A stretch of DNA of 62,185 nt, filler included, from Choristocarpus tenellus KU-1152 (Eukaryota > Protista > Phaeophyceae), in assembly GCA_964200185.2 (NCBI GenBank). It is 5 parts of 5 records of this genome, joined end to end, with 100 filler letters (N's around TTAATTAATTAA, not from the genome) between each part and the next. Parts side by side here need not be neighbours in the genome. Positions count along the whole stretch, not along the records: positions 20,095 to 50,077 come from CAXNAD020000095.1; positions 50,178 to 59,311 come from CAXNAD020003955.1; 3 more parts are not named here. The stretch is one strand, 5' to 3'. Position 1 is the stretch's first letter, and every line of letters begins with the position of its first letter. Shown here one piece after another: positions 39,401-53,600 of the stretch. The position numbers and the translations under genes are program-made. The notes under the pieces were generated by a model, which saw nothing but the letters and a program-made list of their open reading frames with translations, did no database searches and was not told where the DNA came from.

Positions 39401-41162
39401 CGTACCATGTTTTTTTTCAAATACGACACTGGATACAAATGTTGTATGGTATATAATGTATGTATTTATATAGAAGATGACCGTTGTTGTAAGTAGTTCG
39501 CAATTCCGACTCGTTTGTTACATGTTCATCCCACTTACGACTCTAGAAAATAGGAGTAGCATTGAATTGAACAACAGTTGTGATGACATGGTGGATTTCT
39601 CTTCACAACTTTGAGGCTTACGTTCTTCAACCTCAGAAAAACATGGGCTGCTCATAGTCTGTATCAGGTGCGACAAGATGATATATCTTGTAGATAGTGG
39701 GGGAAAGAGTACACAATTGAGTAAAAAAAAAAAAATGGTGCCTCTGTTAGGGGGTCTTCCCATTGAGCTCCATGCACAGTGCACACACACTTCAATTCAA
39801 CAGAGTAGATCAAATTTTCTGAGCCAATTCATCAAATGTTTGAACTACTCAGTACACTGTCAATTCACCGCACTTGAGATTTATTCTTGTATTATACAAA
39901 AAAAAACGTCTGGCCAAATACAGATGATTCTGTGAGCATTTGATCATGCCCACCAGTTTTAAATACAACTCATACAGGCCTGTGGAATATCCACGGCAGC
40001 CACTACCCTAAACAATGCCCACAAGCACGCCTCTTCACACCCGAGACTCCTGCTAAAAGTATTAACCCACGAAACAGATATTGCAATACTTCAACGTGTA
40101 AGTAAGGCATTCCTCCACAAACAACTACTGAAACTACCTTACACAAAATGAGCAACCACACCCGCATCTACTGGTTGTGGTACATGCCCAGGTTTATTGA
40201 TGTAAGTTCAGCCAGAACCAATTACGATGTGAACAAAAAAATTGCCCCGCCTTTGTAAATTGCGACACAACCTACAAGAATATTGCCTCCCCTTGTAGCA
40301 CAGAAAAAGTTTTGAACTATTGAATCGTAGATGTACTGTCTACAGCAACCGTTCTATGTGACTGTGAGTCCTGCTCTGCACTTTCACCAAATGAGCACAT
40401 AATGTAAACCTGTAACACATACATACTACCATTGCCTCCATCATATCCAATACTGCAAGTTTTGTGCACAAACAAATAAGCACAGGGACTCCTTACAAAC
40501 AGCACAGTAAAAAAAAGGAAAATGCAAATGCACATCATCAACAAGACAAAATATCTATCCAGTGCAAAGACACAAGGTTAAACATACATACAGTATTGCC
40601 ATGTGCCAAACTACAAATCATACGAGCCCTCAGAGCCAGCCTTCCATGTTGTGTGTAACGAACTGTGGTCAAACGATTACCACTGCTATGATATAGGACA
40701 ATTTTATCACCCTACATTCATGTCAGTGCTCAGTCACGCAATACACGTAGCCCTTCCTAATATATGTCATTATACTTACCAATATAGCTCTAAACCACGC
40801 CCTGTTGCCCATACACGAAAAAATGCAAGGGCATTGTTGCTGTGGGTTCCTCCAGAGAGGCAAATTGGACAAGATTCGATGCAAGGAATCAACTACTAAG
40901 AACTATTGTTGTCAGCTCCTTTTCATACACTCCGCAGAGGGGGGAGAGTTGAGTGTCGACAGGTGCACAAACATGGTCAATACCAAGGAAAGACGTGTAG
41001 TGCAGTCCATACAACTCTTGACTCTGTGACCCTACACTACAGAGAGGTGAAAGAGATGTCCCATGGCTACATGTTACTGTGTACACAAAACAGTTCAAGT
41101 CTCCACTCTCAAGCGCCAAGCGTTCAACATTTTTTTTTTCACCCCCAACCCTCAAAAACCAA

Positions 41163-44100
41163 TCAGGCTGTCTGCATTTCTGAACTGTCATTAGACACAA
41201 TACCCAGAGACGTAGCAGGTACTCCTGACTTTTCAGGGACCTTAGTTGTCTTTGTATCCTGGATCTTCCTTGCTGGCAAGTCCTCGTCCACCAGCTGTTG
41301 CAGCTGTGGGCATTACAAACAGGAAAGGGCGTATTCCATGAATGGGGTGAGAAGAGTGCGACGAGGACAAATATAAAATGAACAAATGCAACCTTTGCAC
41401 ACTATTAGGTAAGCTTTCCCCTGCATTCCACATGATTACACACTACTCCTCTTTCATATCTCAACACGTAATGCACATCTGACTGGCTGTCACTACCTTG
41501 CCATGAGAACAGCCCCACCATCCACACTGCAACCATTACAGTTTGTACTACAGCTGAAACATAGCAAGAAAACAACACGTCAGTTCCAGTTACATAGGAT
41601 CCCACACCAGCTTCATAAAACATGATCCCCCTCCCCAGCAATCCTCATAAATGCCCTCCTTCCTCCAAACCAGACTCTGTGGTGAATGACCTGCAAGGGT
41701 AGGGGAGAATCTTTCCCACTGAGTTCCAAGCTGTTAGATGATAGTGTTGGACTAGGGCCGGGAGCTGATGTAGGCATGATGGCACAGTGGTGGATGCCTT
41801 CAAACCACTCATGCAGGAGGGCTTGAGGCGCGTCCACCCTGAGGTACTGATCCATCTCCAGCAGATCTCCCACAAGTTCTTTCGCCTCTGGGGTGACCTT
41901 CTTCCAGATGGGACCCCCCATGTTCAGCGGGCGTTGCAGGCAGGCCCTTGATGGGGTCCAGGGCATCCTGCCTGACAGCATCTTGAAGAGTATAGTCCCA
42001 ACTGACCTGGAGATGAAACGAGAGCAAAGCGACAAAACTCATGGGTGTCAGCAGCAGCAATGGGTGTGGTGAAGGGCATTGAAGGGTATGTAATTGCTGC
42101 AACTTTGTGAACCAATGTTGGTTCCCTAGACTTGGTTGAGGTGTTGAGTGTGTTGAATTTGGAATCTCTATATAAAAAACTGGGGCTACGATTAAAATGA
42201 GAATAATAGTGCCATGCAATCATCTCCAGCACAGATTCTTCAGGGGGGGGTAAGCAGGACTGTCAAGGGAAGCAAGCAACCAGACAGTTCCTCTCAAAAA
42301 GCAACTATAACATTGAGATATGGGAGAGGAAAGCAGTAGAGGAAAAACAACAGTCCAAAATTCTAGTATCATGCAACAATGCTATGGTATGAGTGGTGAA
42401 ACAAAGTCCTGCTCAAGCTATACCAATCCCCACAAAGCTCACCACATGTCAGCAGCTTTTCCGTATGACTCTTGCATCAAGACCTCTCTTGCAACAAACC
42501 CATCTGTACCCGTGTGCTTGAACAGGTGGAAGGGGATCTTGTGGATGTTGCCTGTGAACCTGAAGTATCGACAATCTGGAACCTTCCTAGCGTGGCCAAA
42601 GTCACATATCTTCACAACTAGGCCACTTAAAGAGTTAGGCACTGTTGACTGATATGAGGGGAGAGGATGGGGGACAACGATCAAGGTGGGTTGAGCAGGT
42701 GAGCAGAAGCTACAAAATACCATGGACCTCAACAGCAGATGTCTTCCAGGACAAGCAGTTGTAGAGTTGTGCTTTGTGTACTACCAAGGTGTGAGGCAAA
42801 GAGCAGACCTAGGGTGTATACGGAGCCTCAGGATAATTCTATCATGAACTTGGATCTACATATACATATTTATCTACAAAGCATCTAACCCTCCCCTGCC
42901 CCACTGCCTCTTTTTCACAAGTAATGTCTAAGACTTCCTGTTGCACCTGAGCTGTTCCAGCAGCAAGCGAGTCAGCTTCCCTACTGTCCTCCGAATCAGA
43001 GGTGTCTGGCACAGACACCACAGGCTCCAGCTCACCCTCCAGCACATCAGACAATAGAATGTTGGCAGGTTTGAGGTCACAGTGCACAATCCCTTTCCCG
43101 TGTAGGAAGACCAATCCATCCAATATCTGCTTCACTGCTCGCTTTGCATCCAGTTCGTTGAGGCGAACTCGAGTGTAGAGGAAGTCCTCCAGAGTGCCAC
43201 AAGGTGCACGTTCCTGAACCAGGTATAGGTTCTCCGGAGACTCGTAGATCTCATAAAGGCGGATAATGTGGTTGTTCACCATGCGCTGCAGTTGTGGATA
43301 AAAGAAACAAACAAAAAAAGGTCATTGTATAAACAACTTAAGGGACCAGCAAAGGGTAACATTATAGAGTAATCCAAACCATTACATTGGCCATTGGGTG
43401 GTTCATTAGAGGGGTGAACAAGGTGTGTGGGGAGCACTGTTTCTCTCGATTTGTTGCAGATTATTTTGAGTTTGTCCTGCTGCAGTGATACAGGATGGGG
43501 AGATATCATGAGTCCACAGAAGAGATCAAGCGAGAAGTGGTCAGCTATCATCAAAAAGTCGTATCTCAAACGGGGCATTCCAAACAACAGGACGTAGAGA
43601 CAAAACACAACACACGGTAACAGAGCAAGCAACAAACCTCAATATGTGCTCCTTGCTCAAACCAAGCAATCTACATTGGTACCAAGCTGCTCACAGTCAC
43701 CAGCTACTGCACCCCAGTCTCTTCATTAGTACAGTGACAGCCCTATTAGATGTCTCGAGGTTTAGGATGGATATCTCTCTCACCTGCTGAATCTGAATCT
43801 CACGTTGAACAGACGCCTTCTCTGCGTCGGAGAAGAGGAACTTCTTGCCCACATTCTTGATGGCCACCTTCAGTTCAAAGGCGAGCCAAGTCAAGCAGGT
43901 GGTAACTTTACCCAAGAACTAGAAATCACAAGCATCGTTCTCTCAAAACCAACATTGTTATTTCCCATCAGCCTTCACCTTGCCCCACCACGCTCAAAAC
44001 ACAGAACAATACCCCTTCCCCACTCAATCACACAACCCTGCAAAATGTTTAAAACATCAAGAGGATTTCCATTGCCCAGAGCATGAGAGGGTAACAAATA

Positions 44101-47100
44101 TCTTCACAACATCATTAGTATAAACAACTGCCCCATTATTGTACTGATCAAAGATTTCTTATCCTCCATAGCAGCCAAGGAGAGACACTCTGCCTCTTCA
44201 AATTGATTAGCAGGGGAGGGGAGGGGGCACACGTGATGTACTCTCTCTTTGTACCTGACGTCCAGTTGATCTGTGTACAGCAGCATGTACAGTCCCGTAT
44301 GAGCCAGATCCAAGCACCTCTTTCATGTTCACATCGTATGCCAGCGATATCTAATAGGTGTCACAATACAATAAGAAAGGGGTGGGTAGGGTTGGTACTA
44401 ATAATAGGTAAGTCTCACTCTCAACACAGCCGTCAGGTTGTAAAGATCACACAACTCCAAATAACACTTTAATTTTAGTGCGACTTCACACAAACTGTAA
44501 ACCTACCTCCCAATCAATCCCAATATGATACTCAAAGGTCTATGTGGTGGGGTAGTCCTAAACACTATGTAAGTAACCAGTGTAACTAAAGCGGAGAGTG
44601 CTACCATTCTAACATAATAGACTGGATAGATACACCCACTACTATACATGCAGAACTACAAGATTACACATGTTATCTATGCTAATGACATAGCTGTAAT
44701 GTAGAAACTGAGAGGACTGGACTACACATTGCATCACTTCTTCATGACACTGTAGCTCAGATCCTAAACAAGGGTGCACCATGAAAAAAACGCTCTCATT
44801 TCCAGTGGTCACATTTGGCCCAAGGAAGAGTCACCTGCAACTTGTCAACCACAATGGTAAACAGACCAAGCAACTAGACAAAAGCAGGAATGCGAAATCA
44901 CAAGGCAAAGAACTATTTCCAGTGATCACTCAAGAGCACAGTAGCTGGACATACAAAGTGGTAACGTGGGGATGGTCACCATTAAATATGAATTGTGATA
45001 TCAAGGGGTGTGAACCATGGGTAATTGATGCACACCACTAACTGACCACAACTACATGCACGTGCTCACAATCACAGCCCTTGCCTAATATCCTCAAACA
45101 ACGACATTTTCCGTAACCCAACCCAAAAGAGGGTCTCCTTATTCAATATCTTGTCAGTTCCTTTTAAACTACAGAGCACATGAATTTCGCCTGAAAAACA
45201 CAAAACACAGAGCAATGTTAGAGAACAATTGAATCAAAAACTGCTAAATACATCCACACTACTCCCTTACATGGTCCACCCACCCGCTAGGAACAGTGAG
45301 GAATAGTACAAACCACTGTCCACAACATGTTTTCCCACCACACCTGTTTCTCCAGGACCATGTCTTGCCGCATATCTGGCGCCAGCCTTTCCCTCCCTTG
45401 CATGTACTCTGCAGTCCTCTTCTGCGCCTTGAGGGTGTGGCTCTCCCACCCATGCTCTGTAATTGATCCCTTCCTCCCCATCTGCAAGCCTCCAACCACC
45501 CCTTCCTCCCCAACCATTAATCTTTTTATCTTCATCTCAGAGAAGCTGCCACGCCTCATCCTCCCCATGACCATGTCCCCATTATAATGACCACCTTGTC
45601 CTCTGGGCAGACCAACACTGTGATCATGCCCAGTGGTTTGCCTACCTGAGCTCCTCCCTTTGTGCACCCCATTACCAACTCCAACCTGTTCGACTCCCCA
45701 TGGTCGCTCCCTAAAGTACAGGTGCCTAAGCGTTGCTGTGGCATCTCCAATCAGTGGATCACCAAGCCCAACAGGAGGCCACCCCTCCTCAGTTCCACAA
45801 CTAACTTGGTGTTTTTCCCAGTGTACAATGTGACAGGGCTCATCTTCCGCTGCCCCCCCACTCAGTCCCCCAGTTCCACCACCTCCAGCCCCAGCCCCAC
45901 AAACAGCATGATCATCCACAGAAACACCAAACCGGCCCCTGTTGGTGTCTAGAGTATCCCAGTACTTATAGCGCTTGTGAGAATGAACTAAGCCTGACCC
46001 TTTGTTTCCCCCACTCCCTGGTTGTGTCCTCGCCAAGGCACTCCCTTTAACCTTCCCTATCCCGGCATGCTGACCAACGGTAATCCCTGATGCAGTCTTC
46101 TTATGCAAGGCCATCGTTAAGGGTGACAATCGCTTATCATTGGGCATCTCACAACTATGACCGTTCTTGCTTGCTTGGGATCTGGTCGGCATAGAATTTT
46201 CCTCGTACGATCTAACCCGAGCACGGCAAGAGTCATCCTCGTAAGGGATGGTACCCAAGCGATCCTCACCCATTAATCGGTTGGGAGAATCCTGCTAACA
46301 AAGGTGCAATAATTGAGAGAGAAATATTCGAATGACTGTGTTTGTAATAAGTACTCGAGTCCTAAGTCTACAACAGCTGGATTTGCAAGACCTACCCTAC
46401 TCTAGCCTGTCACCCACCATTATCCTGTCACCTGGGTCAATGCATTTCCTATCGGAAGTGGCGGATGTTTGTCATCAACAATGTCCATGTGTGAAGAAAA
46501 CTAACAAAAGATCCCACTCATCTGTTCATAAACCTCAGGACTCACCCCTGCCGTAGATCCCAATCCTGTCAGAGACGTCTTGATCTTTTCAATAATGCGT
46601 TCCATGCTAATCGGCAAGGACCTTTTTCTGAAATTTTGAAGTCCATGAAGCTTGCTGTAGTGACCAGGCCTGGCAAATGATGAAGTCAGCATCAATAGGG
46701 AACAGAGAAAAGATTCAACAATGGAGAGGCAAGAGGCGGTAGGGTAGACTATCAGATTAGGGGCACACAGTCCCTCCTTTGCAAGCTCCATCCTGAGCAT
46801 ATGACTGGGTGGGGATACTTCTGATAAGCCAGAGTGGTACCATATCTCCAAAAGAAAGTTGCCCACAAGTCAGTCCTGGTTAGTTGTCGATATGACAGAA
46901 GATATAGCCATGTGCTGAAAAAATCATGGAAAGGCGTATCAGTCCCCATGGGATTCAAGAAAAAAGCTATGTTCCTCAAAACGTTGCGAGAATGAAGTCT
47001 GAAGGAGCCACCACCTAACTCTAAAGGTCAGAAAACTTGCAGATTGCTGTGTGAAAAGTTCTTGGATAGCACAATTTAAAAGGGGAAAATATGCCAGGTG

Positions 47101-48650
47101 AATGTACCCATCCCCCCATAAAAAATATTGAAATAGCACCACTAGCTACAAATGCAAACCATGTTTACTAGATGTCAGCCTCGAAATGATCACCGAATAA
47201 AAGAACTTGACACACATGCCACTATGATTCTTAAATGCTCCACGTTTTTGTAGACAAGAGTAAGTAGTAACCCCTCTTGACCTAGATAGACCTTTCCTCT
47301 TGTGGATAATTTAGACCACTAATATTGTTTCCTTTGCACAATCGAAAGTGAGATCAGCAATGTTCAGAGATGTCCACATACCTGGAGGGTCTTGCAAGGT
47401 TGCAGGTGCATGATTCAAGTCCATAGTGGTTGAAAGCTGGAATATCAAGGGTGAGTGATCTCAAATAAAAGTAAATTTTGTCACTGTGTGCACTTGCTTT
47501 GAAATGGGTTGACCACACACCTTGAATGAAAGTTGCCAGTGAGAGGATTTGTCCTGATTTTGTGTAGTCGTTCCGTCTCATGTTCAGGGACAATCTGCCC
47601 CTCAAAGAAAGAGTATGCACTATTACCAGCACTATGGCACCGAGAAAAGACAAAAGAGTAGGGTAAAGGAGAATTACAACACCGCATGCAGAAGGGAGAG
47701 GGAATTAGTGGTAACAAAAAAACTTCAAATTGGTAGAGACCACGTACCAAATCTCTCTGAACGCTATTGAGCTACGAGGACCTTCAATATATCACACTGT
47801 ACAGCCAAAGCAATGGCTCTTCCTTGACTATTGACTAGAGAATCAGCATAGAAGGTGCACAATCCTGAGAGATCCACCACCCTCTTGTTCTTATCACAAC
47901 CATTTCCTACTTGAATTGGAGGTACTGCTCCTTTACCTGATCACTACATTCTACGTAAGCCTCAATTTCCACACAAGTGTCTCGAATAACGACCATGATG
48001 ACAATACAATTCTATAGCGGTCAGAAAGGATAAATCCACCGAAAACAAATCTCGTGGCACCAACCTTCAGTAGGACGATACATGTAGACGCTACAAGTAG
48101 ACTATCTCCTAAATAAATATAAGCGCCGATAATCAGTTAACTGCCAGATGGCAACTCAACAAGATATCATGATGCTCAACATCAAACGAATCCAAAAAAA
48201 GCGCTTCCCCACCCACTCACCTTGGAGCATAGTGAAAATTGCCCACGTAAGGGCAAGAGGGCGGCAACCGAGCATAAACTCCCAGGCGGGGAGCACGTCC
48301 ACAGCTATTAGATCCAACTTTTGAGGTATGAAGGAGGAAAGGGGGGACAGATGAGGTCTCAGGAGTCAAAGAAAACACCACAACTGGCGGCATGTTTTCA
48401 TTTCATGCCGCTTGAAGTCTCTCTCTTTCCACACAGGAATAGCGGCTTCAGCTCTAGTTCTACATATGATGCAAGATCCATAGCTCACCTGAAGCGATTG
48501 TACCGGCCCTACGCCGTGAAAGTGGGGGCAAGTCGATCTCCATCGCTGGAGGCGGTAGCTTGCTGATAATTGGGGGCATTTGCTCTACCCCACCTGATGC
48601 GTCACAAATGATGTCCAAATGTCCCAGGAATCTCTACCAACGCATGCGGT
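41163..48650 (-). CDS. CAMK-group Ser/Thr protein kinase with a long N-terminal extension
   Basis: Exons 48304-48221, 47619-47521, 46669-46546, 46291-45344, 44350-44255 (LGSGSYG), 43867-43784 (VAIK), 43285-42947 (HCDLKPANILL), 42648-42443 (VKICDFG, GTDGFVARE, ADMW), 42006 to about 41691 (SVGTILF...HEWF), and a probable last exon ending at 41163. The first exons and start codon are uncertain. Confidence 0.88.
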
Positions 48651-49169
48651 TCCACTAGTACTGTAGCAACTGCTATTACAAGGAGAGCAGAAGCCCTCTC
48701 TTCAAACTTGATGAACTCTCTCCCAACCACCTTCTCGTCGATGTTAAGGGTATCAACTCAGATCACAATATCCCCACATGCCTCCTTGAACAATATAAAG
48801 TGGTAAAGAGGGCATAATAATATTATATAAAGTGGTAAAGTGGTTAAAATGTTCTGAACTAGAGTGGTTAAATCGGGATTTATCCAGATGGTTCTTGCCC
48901 CTTAAAGAGCTATTATATTTCCCACTAGGAATTATTAGGAATCTAGACTTAACTTACAATATTCTAGTGATGGCATATTTCTAGTGAAAGTAGTTGAAGA
49001 TAGGAGTAAGACATCCAGATGTTTGAGAAGCCACACCTCAGCGTCTGTCATATACACGTCACACGTGACAACGTCCAGTGGAAATAAAATATATTATGGT
49101 GGTATCACAAAAAATTAAAATAAAACTTAGAGTTTAATATGGGAGAGAAGAGATCTCTCTGTTTGGATA

Positions 49170-49525
49170 TGAGGCTCGAAAGCACACCCATTACGATGGA
49201 TCTTTTGAGCCTCATAGTTAAAACCTCAACACCTTCACCGTGGAAAGTTTCGGGTGCCTCGGCAAGCAAGAGGAAAGTTTTCTGGATGAACTAGGTGCGC
49301 ACGGGGTAGGGGTGAGAGGGAGAGAGGCCGTCTACGACAGATAGTCTCAGTTACAACGTATAGCCCTATCTCGACGTGTTACGCATTTTAAGCTGGAGAC
49401 ATCAGGGAGATGGGCGAGGAGGGGCTTGTTAGATTCTTGGGATGATTCGCTAGCTCCTCACCCTGTGATGCATGACTATGCTAGGTTGGAGGCACAGGAA
49501 GTCAGTGGTACAGCATAGCTAGAGT
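49170..49525 (+). mobile_element. Degenerate 3' fragment of a CRE-like non-LTR retrotransposon
   Basis: Homologous to the reverse complement of 61680-62050 (ACCTCAACACCTTC, TTTAAGCTGGA, TGGAGGCACAGGA), with stops and frameshifts. Confidence 0.7.
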
Positions 49526-50077
49526 ACTAAAATAGTGAAAAGATTGATGCCTTTCACATTTTATGGTAGTTACTTTTTTAGGGATTTTTCTGACATGTGA
49601 ATAGTTTTCATAGGTATTTCTCTTGACACATCTACAAAATGTCAGAGACCATATTAATAAAAGTATGCGCATGATTGTCATCACTGTTATGATGAGGAGA
49701 TGTATAATGATGACTTCAGTTTAATTTGGTACTAAGAAATGGCTGCTTTTATTATTGTTTTCACACTACACTATCCTCACCTGTGATTCAGTAGTAGTAA
49801 CTACACAGTTTCTACCTTAAAGTTCTTAATACTTCAAATACTTCAAAGTGTTATACTAGTTAGAAAGTGTGAATCGTGTTATTCTGTGGCGGCGTGGTTC
49901 ACTCAGGCAAGGGTGGCGAAGAGAATCACCGGGCAAGACGGACCACACGAGCAACGAACGACGAACCGTGACCGAGGGTACGAGGTTAAGGTTGGTTAAG
50001 TACAAACTTAGGAGTGATGAGCAACATCAAAGATGGGGCTTCATCATCACTCAAGACGTGAGAACAAAGTGGATCTT

Positions 50078-50177
50078 NNNNNNNNNNNNNNNNNNNNNNN
50101 NNNNNNNNNNNNNNNNNNNNNTTAATTAATTAANNNNNNNNNNNNNNNNNNNNNNNNNNNNNNNNNNNNNNNNNNNN
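50078..50177. other. Artificial contig spacer
   Basis: Ns plus TTAATTAATTAA. Confidence 0.97.
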
Positions 50178-50671
50178 GTGTTGGCTTTGAAATGTCAGCA
50201 AAAAAAAGAGTTGTCTGACCGAAACCGACGCCCCCACAAACCACCTCCCCCCCCTAGATACTTTGACCTTACACACGCACACACACACACACAAACACAC
50301 ACAAATCTTGTGGCACGTATCAAGATAAATGATCTATGAACAGTTTTTTAACTTGTGCCTGATCAACCTGTACATGTACACAGAGTGCAGTACACAAATA
50401 CACTCACACACCTACCTAGAAGGACACTAATGACATAGTGCAGAACTGGGGCTCTAGGTACTTTTTCAGTCACCTAATACTATGGGGGACTTAAAAGTGC
50501 CTGACCTACAGTCATTGTCACAAAATATCTCCCTGCTCCTCTTATATCAAAACGCAGCATACACTGGACCTCTGTTTGCTCTGGTATATGTAGGCGACTA
50601 ACTCCCATGTTCACACTCCAAACAAATGTTGGTGAAGGCATTGCTTACCCTCATTTGGCGTGTGCACATAC

Positions 50672-53600
50672 CTCTGTAGAGTAGTTGGATGGCGGCCCAA
50701 GTCTGAAGTGTACCAGCACGGCACTCTTAGAAGCCTTCTTGACAAACAATACCTCGACACGGCTTGTGTTAAGGCCAAGTGCCCCTGCCACGTCAGCCTC
50801 AAACCAGTCCTCCCATTCACAGTAGGTGCTCTCAAATATTGTGGCGTCTTGTGTCAGTAGACCTTCTGCACACCACCTCTTAGCCCCTTGATTCAAGTAG
50901 TATCTGGTCAGAAGGAGGTAGGTAGTGACTCTGGTAAGTTATTTGATGTGGATTGGGGGTTTGGTTATTGGGCAATAAATGTTGAGCCAAAGTATCTCAG
51001 AGGGTAGAGCCGCGCCCATTTGGGGGCCAAAATANNNNNNNNNNGCGATTTTGATGTAATTTTGGCTATCATGTTTGTTACGAAGTGTCAATATCTATGT
51101 TTCGGACACACCTTTTGATAACGTATACCTTTCACCTACTCCGAAACATTTCGGAGTAGGAAAATGTCATTAATAAAAAGCTTGGGAAGCCAAGCCCCAA
51201 ATGGACAAATAGGGAAAAACTTGTACCCTCTAATATACTTTCACTCCCTTGCTGTGATGTGGTACCACAAGAGGTTCTCGGGATCTGAGGTCAGGGTGGA
51301 TGGGCAAACAATATGAATTATAAATAAACTTAGTGTAGTTTGAATGATACTGGACAGATTTGACTTAGGGTTACGTCTATTCAGTGGTATCTGAGTCAAA
51401 GGAAATAAGAGGTGCCCAATGTTGCATTTTAGACATGCTGACAAACATGTGAAAAAAATTACTTCTGGTACAAATCGTCATTGGAACGTTTCTAAATTCT
51501 GTTCAAAATTTTCAAACAATAGAGAAACCAATGCTCTCAAGTCAACCTTGGCACTTCCATATATAGAAATGTGAGTGAATGGCAGAAGATTGAAAACTGA
51601 CTTAACATGCAAAACGACCAAAGCCGGAGCACCTCTTGTTACTCTGACTCATCTACCAGTCCTTTTCCGTAACAGAAAGGTTCAAAGCTACTTGTGCTTG
51701 GGAGATTTTCACTTTCCCCTTCTTAATGTGAAGAGTTCCGAGGAGTGCTTGTATCATGGATGAAATATTACAATGCTGGTATTATTCCTGCTTCACTGCA
51801 CAGATTCTAAGAGAGTAAAATGCTTTGGTGCGTAAGAAGACATAAGGCCCTCTTTATTATGACTTAGATCATTTCATCCCATTCATCCAATCATACACTC
51901 TGCGGTCCATGGTTATCTCAGCCCTCACCCTTCAATCACTTGGTCCCCACCAATGACGTTAATAGCAGTGGTGAGGCGGAGTGAAACGTCCAACGACACT
52001 GCAACTATTCCCCATTGGGGATCAATCTTATCAGTTACTAGCCCGTTGTAGAGAGCTGAGCCAGACTGTTGCGCCTGCTCAGTGAGGGAAGTCATTGCCT
52101 CCACCGCGCCAACCTCAGTGGTGGTGTTGATGAGAACATTGTCTATCAGGCGAAAGAGGATAATGACATTGTTTGCCTGCATTGTAGAAGAGGGTATTGT
52201 TGCAAGGGTTGAAGAAGGTACAACATGGTTGCTGAGTTAAGGCAAAGTAGAGTTTCTGCCTCTTGTTGCATTGATACACATTTGATATATATATACGTGG
52301 ATGGTAACTTATACAATATGGAAGACTAGGGCATGAGGCAAACATCTCATGCATAGGGGTGCGTGGGCATGATTGTGTGAAACGGGAAAATTGCGGCATT
52401 CAATAAGCAGACTTTATGCAAGATTAGGCTGAACCATAATCAGTTGCATGTCGTGCCAAAGAGTGAAGAAAAGGCACAATTGTGAATAGTCCATTCATTT
52501 TTTTTAAACAGAGTATTGTCTTAAGAGGGGGATAACAAAACAGTACACCTTCATTACATTAATATGAATGCAATAACACCACTCTAATAATGACAGAGAC
52601 AATGAAGAGATCTCCTTGTTTCCAAGAGCAGTAAAAACAAATAATATTGTTACGAATTATTTGGTGAGTGAGGGCAGAGGGCCATAGAATTGTAGACAAT
52701 AGTACAAATGCCCATGGACAAGTATGACTTCCGGAGGATTTAATATTGTCAGCTCCAATTGCTTCAGTATTATCTGTAGTCCATAAAATAAAGAGTGCCC
52801 GTGAGGTCAGTGGGAAGTCAGGGAGAGTGCTTCTTTTTTGTTGGTGGTGGAATCCAATGCTTTGTATCCTGAGTCACATCATTAGGGCTGTTGTCGAAAC
52901 TAATATCACAGTGAGGCACGCCATAGTGCACAAAGTCTAATCCGACTTACAATGTAAATTTAGATTGGGGGGGTTGTGTTACAAAGGCAGAGACAAATGT
53001 TGTTGTTTTTTAGTTCCAACATCATAATCTCATGAAGATGAACCAAGCATTTGGAAGTTTACTATACCTTGCACTATTAATTGGGTTCCTGTAGATTGTG
53101 CCCCAAGGTGAATGAAATCTAGACAGCTAGAGGTAGATGTTGTGTTGTGCTCACAAACTATTACGTGTCAGCAGTTGACAACAAGACCTTGATCGCTAAC
53201 TAGCTCATATAGTGTGCACTAATCAACCATAGAAATTTCAGTGGTAACCCAGACTTAAGCAACTGTGGGAGGTTTTTTACATCCAGGTTTCCACCTTGGT
53301 GAAGCGGTGGTTGTTTGCCCGAAAAACATTGACTGTATTTCGTGCTCAGTACTAGTCCGACAGAAAGGATAATTTTATCTGGACCTATTGTATTCATGCA
53401 TACTCGCAGTACAAACAGTCACACGTCGAAGTCGCGATGGCGGTGGAAACAAATATAACATATCCTACAGCTAGAACCCTCGGTAGGGATAGAGTCCCAT
53501 TCTAATGGAAGTCTTAAGGTAGATTGTATACCTCCCAGTCGTGGTGAGCCCATCCAGGTGCTATCTCCATGACCAGCACCCGAGAGGTACTGATGTTTGC

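Noticed and set aside
36700-41100. Hidden gene between bL27m and the kinase 3' end
   Set aside because: No phase-consistent exon chain or known motif found.
48808-48902. Tiny GAGGGCA...TGCCCCT element with possible TAAA TSD
   Set aside because: The TIR match is too short and imperfect to distinguish from chance.
49849-50077. Possible LTR start (TGTTA...) at contig end
   Set aside because: No second LTR, PBS or coding region is visible.
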